Assembly (NCBI GenBank): GCA_965603825.1
Contig: CBFDEM010000030.1
Span: 558,001 to 622,000, forward strand
Direction of reading: 5' to 3'
DNA: 64,000 nucleotides
DNA from: Blepharisma stoltei ATCC 30299
Lineage: Eukaryota; Protista; Ciliophora
Shown: positions 56,399 through 64,000 of the stretch, piece by piece
How the letters are laid out: each line of letters starts with the position of its first letter
How positions within the stretch are numbered: position 1 is the first letter of the stretch
Position numbers and translations under genes: made by a program
Notes under the pieces: generated by a model
What the model saw: only the letters and a program-made list of their open reading frames with translations
The model's database searches: none
What the model was told of the DNA's origin: nothing

Positions 56399-57484
56399 AT
56401 GGAAGATTCAATAAGTACAAGTGATACATTCCTAGTTGATGACCGATCGGCTCGTGAGAGTCAAAATTACCAATTTCTGCATATAAGTCTCGATAGTTTG
56501 TTCTTTACAGCAGGCGACAATCTATCCGGAGATATTTTGCTCAATCTCTCATCCAGAAACTCCCCATCCTTAGTTTCCCTTAAAGTTCTTGGCATTGAGT
56601 CTGTTAAGGTAATAAAGCCAAACGGCCAAACAGCTGAAGAACAAAAATGTATATTTAAAGTGGACTCCAAATTGCAGCAATGGGCTGAAAACACCCCAAG
56701 TGGGCAGTTCAGTTTTCCATTTACCTTTAAAACTCCTCAATTCTCTCCAGCGTCTTTCAGCTTTTCCTCAACAGACCCTGAAGGCAACCAGATCTTTGCA
56801 AAAGTAGAATACACAATAACCGCAGAATTTATATCCCAAGACCAGATAATTATTTCTTCTCAGAAAGAAATAACTCTCCGTAACAAAAATAGTCGGCTGC
56901 CTATTAAAAAGACGGTAAGTGCCCACCAAGCGATAAAGTCATGCTTCTGCTTCTCTCAGGGGTACTCAACAATTACCCTGGCTAATGAAATGTCAGAACA
57001 TTCCACAATTGGCCAGTTATCGAATTTTAAGATTGACCTTAAAGACAGCTTGCCAGTTTCGCCAATTAGTATGGTCGTGCAGGTGATTTTTGATATAAAT
57101 TTAACGATTCCTGGGGACAAAGAGTATTTTTACTCCACTATTGTGACGAGGATTATGCCAAATATAAAACATGAAGGGATAAATATGGCTGGGCTCAGGT
57201 TTGAAGCAGATTTGGATAAAATTCTGTATGGAGACAACCCATGCAGCAATGATGGATCTTTGTTTAAAGCTGAATACAAAGCTCAAGTTTTTGTGCTTTA
57301 TAATGTGGGCTGCAGGACAAAGAAGGTTCAGGCTGAGCTAGATCTACATGTGAACCCCAGGATTTATGAAGGGGAAGAATTAAGGCTCCCCAATAGATGG
57401 AGTCCGAGATTTGGACCTATCACCAATCTCATCGTGGAGAACACGAAACTGATAAATGATGAGAAAAACTGGAAATCAGCTTAA
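56399..57484 (+). CDS. Arrestin-fold protein (361 aa)
   Basis: I.LD...FTAGD.LSG.I.L, G.E, GQFSFPFTF..P...PASF, ..EY.I.A arrestin-N motifs. Confidence 0.78.
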   Translation: MEDSISTSDTFLVDDRSARESQNYQFLHISLDSLFFTAGDNLSGDILLNLSSRNSPSLVSLKVLGIESVKVIKPNGQTAEEQKCIFKVDSKLQQWAENTPSGQFSFPFTFKTPQFSPASFSFSSTDPEGNQIFAKVEYTITAEFISQDQIIISSQKEITLRNKNSRLPIKKTVSAHQAIKSCFCFSQGYSTITLANEMSEHSTIGQLSNFKIDLKDSLPVSPISMVVQVIFDINLTIPGDKEYFYSTIVTRIMPNIKHEGINMAGLRFEADLDKILYGDNPCSNDGSLFKAEYKAQVFVLYNVGCRTKKVQAELDLHVNPRIYEGEELRLPNRWSPRFGPITNLIVENTKLINDEKNWKSA

Positions 57485-57618
57485 AATATTTAATATCATG
57501 AATTAATTATGCATATTTGCAAATTATTATTAAATATTTTCAGGGTTTATTTATTAAGACTAAAAATTTTTGCTATAATACTAAAGCAATTTCCTAATTT
57601 TGTAATTTTAATTATAAA

Positions 57619-59574
57619 ATGTCACGTAGAATGGGTTATAGATTCCTCACCCCACGGCGAGCCGAAGTTACACGACGAATAGGAGAATCTGCAGAAGGAC
57701 CTTTTACCTCAAGTGAAAGCAACTATTCTGCCTTTAAAGTTGGTATAAAGCATGCGAAAAATGCTTTGAGTTCAGCTTGTTCAAGTTTTTGAAAATATAT
57801 TTTTCCTCCCGCTCAAATCGGAGTAATTTCTCGAGATGCTTTTTCTAGTCTGAAGAAAATTCAGCCCATTTCTGAGTTCATTGAAGACAGCATTCCACAG
57901 CCAAAGCCTCTTCATATAGACACAGGGACTTTGCCCCCTACTCCAGGAAGATTTGAAATCAGCGATTCTGCTTTTAAAAGACCAATTGAAGAAATCACGC
58001 CTTATCAGACAAAAAGACTGAAAAAAGAAGAAAATATTGCTCCTAGTGTAGTGAATTCAGAAAAACCGTCCGTTGTGAATGAGCCTTTTAAACAAGCTGT
58101 GCCGGAAAATAAAATAAAAATTCCTCCGTGAAAGAAGATGCAAATTCGGGTAGGAGAAAGGCAGATAAAAAACTTTCCGGTAGTGAAAAGTGAGAATATT
58201 AAGCCAGTAAAAACTGAAGAAAATTTGCCTGTGCTTAAATTGGAAAATACAAAAACAGAAAAAGAAATCGCAAAGGTAGAAGAAATAGTCAAGAAAGAAG
58301 AGAAATCTAAGGCACCTGAAGTTTTAATAATCAAAGAAGAATTTAAACCAGTTCCATTGCCAAGCATACAAGATGACAAGGAAAAGCCTTCAGAAGAAAC
58401 AAGCCCAGAATCAGAAAGCCAAAAAATAAAAGAGCCGTTATCACCTACAATGAGTTTCGGCGACCAATCACAAAATCCAGACACACTTTCCCAAACACCT
58501 AAAAAACTAAATGACTCAAGCCAAAATTCATTTTACATCAAAGAAAATAAAGAACTTGAAAAAATTGCTGAAGAAAAAACTGAAGATGTCGTCAAAACAG
58601 AGCGCTCAACCCCCAAATTTGACAAAGAAATCAAAGACGATGAAACATCTAAAAAACTGGTCGAAAACGCTGTGAAATTTGATGTTCCTATTAAAATTGA
58701 TCCTCTGATTAAAAACCCTTTTGAAGATGTAAGCAAAGAAAAGAATCCATTTATAAGTAAAACAATAGATGCAACAGTAAAGCCAAAGGAAAACGAAAAA
58801 CCAACTGAAGCAGCTATGGTTGAAGAGCGTCATGAGCCTCCAAAATTCAACCCCCCTCCTGCTGTGTCAAATCCTTTTTTGTCATCGTCAACTTTAACTA
58901 CAACACATAGCACAACCGACCAGGTAAAGCCATTATTTGTATTTGGTTCAAATCCCAGTTCTTCAACGACTCAAAATAACCCTATTCCTAACCCTTTTGG
59001 TCAGCCTCCAGCTTCTTCTCAAAATCCTTTTGCAACTGCAAATAATCCATTTTCAACATCAATACCCACAGCACCAATTCAATTTGGCCAGTCTATGCCC
59101 CCTGCTTCCTCATCAATTCCTAACCCCTTTGGAAGTTCAATAAATCCCCCATCAATATCAGCCCCAAACCCATTTGCAAGCTCTACCAATCCTCCTAGTA
59201 TCTCTATGCCAAATAATCCATTTCAGCCTACTTCTCAGTCTTCCACTATATCTCCTATAGCTTATCAGGTTCCTTCTCAGCCTCTAGCTGTATCGCCTTA
59301 TCAGTCTTCCTTTGGAAACACCCAACCTCCTTTTCCTAGCACCCAATCAAATTTTAATCAAAATTTCCAGACTGGGAATAATATTCCAAATCGGCCCAAT
59401 TTTCCTGCAAACACAAATTACGATATGGATATGGGAGGTAGCCGAGCTCCAGAAATTTCAAATCCTTTTGGAAATCAGCCGTTTCCTCAAAATTCCGCAC
59501 CGATCCAAGGTACATTTAATATTGGTGCTTTGCCTAACAACAATAGGAAGATTTTGCGAGCAAAGCGTCCTTAA
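57619..59574 (+). CDS. Nup1/Nup153-like nuclear basket nucleoporin (651 aa; TGA=Trp at 57790 and 58129)
   Basis: One frame from ATG 57619; charged middle, S/P/N-rich F-repeat region (FVFG, NPFG, QFG), C-terminal FNIG..RKILRAKRP as in Nup1/Nup153 tails. Confidence 0.7.
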
Positions 59575-59684
59575 GTGTATGTAATTTAATTAACGGAGTC
59601 TAAATTATACCGATTGTTATAAATCCAATATCTTTATTTAAGCCATATTTAGCTTCAACACTCAGTCTATCAGAATATAAATTA

Positions 59685-61520
59685 TTATTCAGATTTCACC
59701 TCTTCCCTGGTTTCTCTATTGTAAATTCCTGCCAAGCTATAAGTTGTCGCCACTAGTGTCATAATCATCTTAGGATTGACCTCAACGATGTCTTCCCAGG
59801 TGCAGAAAATGCTTGATCCGAGCTTTCTTGCGACTGACAAAATATATTTCGCGTTTTGTTCTCTGCCTTCTGGGTCTTCTCCAGGTGTTATTAAATCCCA
59901 GTTGATCGCTCTAGGCTCAATTGAGCTGAAAAGTTCAATTAGAAATCTTCCATTTGCTATTGACTTGTCCTTATATGAGGCAGCATGAGTATTGACTCTT
60001 GAATTGGCCCATTTCATCATAGATTCTTCAGTCATATTCCCAACCAGCTTCAAAGTGGCATGTCTTACCAGTTGCCAGACATACCCAAGAATCAGCTTCT
60101 TTTGTCCATCAGTGAAATCTGACCCTCCAATCCCAATCAGTGTGAAATGTAAAGCTCGGCCAAGTTCAATTAAATAATTACAGTTCGCAATTTTCTTAAA
60201 GCGGTTGTTAGTCTTGAGCTCCACTTTTTTCCAGTTCACAAGGCCAGGCTCGATTTTGTCGATAACTTTAATAAGAACGAGACCATCTTTGACATCTTCG
60301 TAAAGATTGTTGACATAGAGTCCTTCAATGTTTAAAGAATTGATCCACATACGGAAAGCTCTTTCTTCTCTGGTGCCTTCTACGTCATCATTAATGAGTC
60401 CTGCTGCCTCATAAAGTTCTTGCTCAGTTGCATAGAGGCCTGGGTTGGTATTGAAAATGGCAGCTGCAAAAATGATGTTTAGCTTGGCGTTTCCACTGAT
60501 AATGTCACGTGCGGATGTAAAAGTATCAACTCCAAGCTTTCTTGAGTTAACTATTACTTTTTCAGCTCTGGACAACAAGTCGCCATCTTGTAAAGGAGAC
60601 AAGTCACATTGAGCTGGATCAATCTGATGAAGCAGCAAGGTATAAGCTTCAGAGTCTTTGACGTCATTGCCAAAATTATTAATCCTTTTAGGAGAGCCTG
60701 AGTTTTTCAAATGGTAGTTAACCCATCTTAACAGTATTACATCGGGTTGCAGTTTAAGCAAATCACTGAGCTCTTCGCCTTCTTCTACCAATTTTACAAG
60801 CTCTGGATGTGCTTTTAAGTTGATTGGGCTCAAAGTAAGGATTTTAATAATCTGCCAGACTAATCCTAGCACTAAATGCTCCTTTTTCTCCATGATGGAC
60901 TCAGGGAAAATCGAGACCACAGTGCAGCCGATCGACTTCGCAGCGTTAATGGCCAAGTTCAAGTTTTCTTTGATCTGGAAGACATTCAGATTCTGCCTCA
61001 CATTGATGGCCCTTTCAAAAATAGTCCCTGGAACTGCAGCATTAATAAGCTTGCAAAGCAAAATACCAGTCGCGCAGTGGTCAAAGAGGTCGTTATTATC
61101 AGGGTTCAGCGGAAGAATGCTGGCCAAGTCAGCGTCGTTTCTGAGGTGGTGGTTGACCACGTTCACGAATGCAGACTTCTCATCAGCTGAGTAGGAATGG
61201 TAGCCTACATTACCTTGCATCACGTTGGTGACTTTTCCTGCGTTGTGGATCAGCTTCTGTCTGACTTCGTCAGACACCCCAACTCCTTTGAAAATGTTGA
61301 CAAAGGACTCAAAGTCAATTTTGTCGCTTTTGTGCTCTTCTACTTTAGTAAGAATTTTCTGGGCTTCGGCTGGGATCTCAATTGAGCTGACAGCTTCAGT
61401 GATGGCTTCTTTGTCAATTCTGCCAGTGTTCTGAGGATCGTATGCGGAGAAAAGAGTTTGAAATCCTTGTAAACCTGCAGGAACTGCACCTGCCTTTTGT
61501 TGAGGCTCTGAACCTTCCAT
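59685..61520 (-). CDS. Fimbrin/plastin (EF-hands plus two actin-binding domains)
   Basis: HSYS..EK.AF, G..LCKLIN.AVPGTI.ERAIN, ENLNLA.N.AK.IGC, HLVLGL.WQII, REERAFR.WINSL, L.LG.VWQL, NAKY..S.ARKLG. Confidence 0.95.
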   Translation of the reverse strand: MEGSEPQQKAGAVPAGLQGFQTLFSAYDPQNTGRIDKEAITEAVSSIEIPAEAQKILTKVEEHKSDKIDFESFVNIFKGVGVSDEVRQKLIHNAGKVTNVMQGNVGYHSYSADEKSAFVNVVNHHLRNDADLASILPLNPDNNDLFDHCATGILLCKLINAAVPGTIFERAINVRQNLNVFQIKENLNLAINAAKSIGCTVVSIFPESIMEKKEHLVLGLVWQIIKILTLSPINLKAHPELVKLVEEGEELSDLLKLQPDVILLRWVNYHLKNSGSPKRINNFGNDVKDSEAYTLLLHQIDPAQCDLSPLQDGDLLSRAEKVIVNSRKLGVDTFTSARDIISGNAKLNIIFAAAIFNTNPGLYATEQELYEAAGLINDDVEGTREERAFRMWINSLNIEGLYVNNLYEDVKDGLVLIKVIDKIEPGLVNWKKVELKTNNRFKKIANCNYLIELGRALHFTLIGIGGSDFTDGQKKLILGYVWQLVRHATLKLVGNMTEESMMKWANSRVNTHAASYKDKSIANGRFLIELFSSIEPRAINWDLITPGEDPEGREQNAKYILSVARKLGSSIFCTWEDIVEVNPKMIMTLVATTYSLAGIYNRETREEVKSE

Positions 61521-62040
61521 TTATTCGACAAGATAGCAGATTTTAGAAGCTAAAATGTAGGCTCAGAGTTGATTTTTTTGGGAAGAGGTGTGGGGAAGAA
61601 TGGAGAAAAAATTAAAGATTATTATGTGGAAGGAAAGAAACTATAAAATTTTAATGTCAAAGACTTGGAAATTAGAGTGAATACGAATAATCAGGAGAGA
61701 CGCAGGAAGGAGATAATTAATAATCTGCAAAGCTATGGAATCTGCAAGACGATTGACGTTTGGCGATTAAAATATTGATGGAATTGCCAAGTCTAAATGA
61801 TCCTAATCTCAAAAATCAGGGAATAAGAAAAAAGCAATTCCTCCTCAGTTATAGTAAAGCATTGAAAATTCAATATCTAAATTATTTACATTCAAAGATT
61901 GATTTCGCCACCCATCCAGCACTACTTAGGAGTGCATTATTACCCTTTTAATTCTCGAGGGGTTGTTAGAATTTTTGCAAGGAGTTATATGGGTTTAAGG
62001 TAAATTAATAACAATTTACTAAATTATATAGATTGCAGCA

Positions 62041-62232
62041 CTAAGGGTTTGTAGGATTTGTATTGACCCTTTGGGAATGAATTACACTTAAGTCTTCTAT
62101 TAGAATTTCTCCCTGTTTGTCGTCTTTGATCGAAATGACTCCAGGTGCAAGTTTATTGACGCTATGCTCTGCACATGGCAGCTCTGAATCTTCAGACTTT
62201 TTTGCCTTGTTTTTAGTCACTCCGCATCCCAT
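62041..62232 (-). CDS. Small predicted N-acylated protein (63 aa, MGCGVTK)
   Basis: Short coding-like ORF with AAAAATGGG start context, ends TAG. Confidence 0.6.
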   Translation of the reverse strand: MGCGVTKNKAKKSEDSELPCAEHSVNKLAPGVISIKDDKQGEILIEDLSVIHSQRVNTNPTNP

Positions 62233-62924
62233 TTTTCAATTTATTATAAATATGTTACTTCATATAATTAGGAAACGATATAAAATTTTGGGATAAATCG
62301 GCAATTTTTGATATATTAATAAGAATATCAAAATTGTCTCTAATATTGATTTTATTTAATTTTTGTGGATAAAGCGCTAATTCCATTTTTTTCTAGTCAA
62401 ATATTATATTGAACTTATTTAAACTTTTGTCTGCATGGATTAATGACCAAAAGGATTGCTGTTTATTTTATTCCATTTTTCTCTTTTAGTTTAATTTAAG
62501 ACTTATAATGCAAAAAATTAAAAATACTTTAGCTTGAAATTAAGGGCTTACAAATTTATAAGATTAAATTCTATTTAAGGTTTTGCAATATAATAATTTT
62601 ATCCATTTAAAATCAAGTCATAATATTTAATGAAAAGTAATATATTAGAGTCATGCTAGAAAGCATTTAATCTTAGTTTTGAAACAGATCTCCTATTGTG
62701 TTTAGGATGCAATGGATTATCGCCACAAGTGTATTGGCCTGCAAAAAATATAATAACATTATATATATATGATTAAGGCAGCAGCAGAGCATTATCTATC
62801 TCTATAAATTAGTCTTTGGGACAAAGATATATCATTTTAGTTTTGCAATTGTTTTATTATACTGTCGAAATCATTTTTTTTTCTTATTTATATAAAATTC
62901 CAGACAATCTAGTTAAAAAATATC

Positions 62925-63295
62925 TGAAAAATGCGCATCCCAATTTTACGCAAGTAAAAAAGAGAGCATGACTTCAAAAATATGAAAAAATCCTGAAATT
63001 ATGCATCTCCAAATCGTACGCCAATAGCAGGAGCTCAAATAGCCCTTTGAATAGCGAATTCCAAAGATTGACAAAAAACTGCTGGATTTTTGAGTGCTTA
63101 GGGTATGGAGTTTGACTCTACAAAGTAAAAAAAAATTGAAATTATGCATATCTTAATCGTGCTCCAACAATTCAAACTGGTTTCAGAAATTCATGGAAAA
63201 ACCCAAGGTTTTTGCTGATATTTTGGTATTTTAGGGGGGAAATGGAGCAAAAATTCGCATATTAAAAAAAATTGCACATCTCCCAATTATGCATC
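62925..63295. repeat. Four degenerate copies of a ~27-bp motif (TGAAATTATGCATCTCCAAATCGTACGC-like) in a non-coding spacer
   Basis: Copies start near 62925, 62994, 63137 and 63266. Confidence 0.5.
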
Positions 63296-63720
63296 GATAG
63301 CCAAAGATTAGACAGTCTTTAACTAAGTTAGTTCCAGAAATGAATAAAACAAATTAGATTTTATTAAGCTTTTGTGTACTTTAGCACTGAATAAATTATT
63401 TTTTTGAATAATTCTCTACTTCTTTTAACTGCCTAAATGCTGTTTTATTATACCACGTCTGTGCCTGAAATGTCTGCAATGCTTCTGTGAGAATTTAAGA
63501 AAGCTTAGAGATTCCCTCTCAAGTTTGCGCTTCAAATACATCCGTCGTTATGTGAGCCTCCTCTAGATCCTCGCTAGATACTATAGAAATATATAAAAAA
63601 TTATTTTTAAAGCAGCATTAATAGAACTTAAGTATTTCAAAAGTTAATGGCATTAATAAATAAATAAATATAATTTTCATCTATTATGCTTATTAAAAAT
63701 TTGTAATTTGTAATAAAATA

Positions 63721-64000
63721 ATGCATAGGTTTCGTATGCCATCTGATTACGAAGTCATGATTTCTTGTACAGAACTCGATATCGCCAATTCAAGTCCTAG
63801 AAACCGGGGTCTACAAGTGAGCAAATCCAAATTAAGAGATATGGTCCGAAGCGCCAAAGAACAAAAACTCCAGCTTGCGAAAGACAAAATGGCGATAATC
63901 AAATTGTCAAAGGAGCTTAAAAACCAAGAAAAATCACTGAATAGTGAAGAGGAAATTCTTAAAAAAGAAAAAATTGCTCTTCAACAACAGCGTATGGAGC
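63721..64000 (+). CDS. 5' part of a coiled-coil hypothetical protein, truncated by the window end
   Basis: ATG 63721 MHRFRMPSDYEVMISCTELDIA.. stays open to position 64000. Confidence 0.7.
   Translation, partial: MHRFRMPSDYEVMISCTELDIANSSPRNRGLQVSKSKLRDMVRSAKEQKLQLAKDKMAIIKLSKELKNQEKSLNSEEEILKKEKIALQQQRME

Noticed and set aside
61760-63149. ORFs 61760..61951 and 62946..63149
   Set aside because: Short, non-ATG start or repeat-derived, with non-coding composition and no motifs.
1-64000. Many genes broken by premature stops, suggesting mass pseudogenisation
   Set aside because: Breaks are TGA at Trp positions or TAA/TAG inside 15-16 nt introns, and frames are conserved.
1-64000. TGA as selenocysteine
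   Set aside because: TGAs fall at Trp positions in non-redox proteins; I saw no convincing SECIS, and many 3' gaps are too short for one.
1-64000. TAA/TAG as Gln (standard ciliate code 6)
   Set aside because: Conserved genes end at TAA/TAG and Gln is encoded by CAA/CAG.

Overview
Eukaryotic, AT-rich, very gene-dense DNA that reads as ciliate macronuclear sequence, most like the heterotrich Blepharisma (inference, not a database match). Two window-wide properties explain why the supplied ORF track is fragmented. (1) TGA is a sense codon for Trp: about 37 in-frame TGAs join ORF pieces in about 22 genes, several at family-conserved Trp positions, and the complete genes end in TAA or TAG. (2) Introns are minute: six of 15 nt and one of 16 nt, all GT..AG with an A six nt from the 3' end. 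Re-read this way, the window holds about 42 protein genes and one tRNA-Arg(ACG). Recognisable genes include ERK7/MAPK15, NDC80, CCDC103, an SBPase-type phosphatase, Arc1p/AIMP1-like, a RAP-domain protein, SCOT, a DIX protein, J-domain RJL GTPase, a UPF1-like helicase, importin-beta, BRE/BABAM2, BUB3, SRP72, a TBC Rab-GAP, SAXO-like, delta-COP, CDC14, Nup1/Nup153-like and fimbrin. The recoding and tiny introns are already known for heterotrichs. The best leads for something new are a UPF1 paralogue with an altered Walker B motif, a PARP-fold/B-box protein, a LUBAC-tether-like UBA miniprotein, a hyperacidic secreted protein, and several apparent pseudoenzymes. Family calls rest on motifs recalled from memory and were not searched. 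No transposase, CRISPR, rRNA or telomere was seen.
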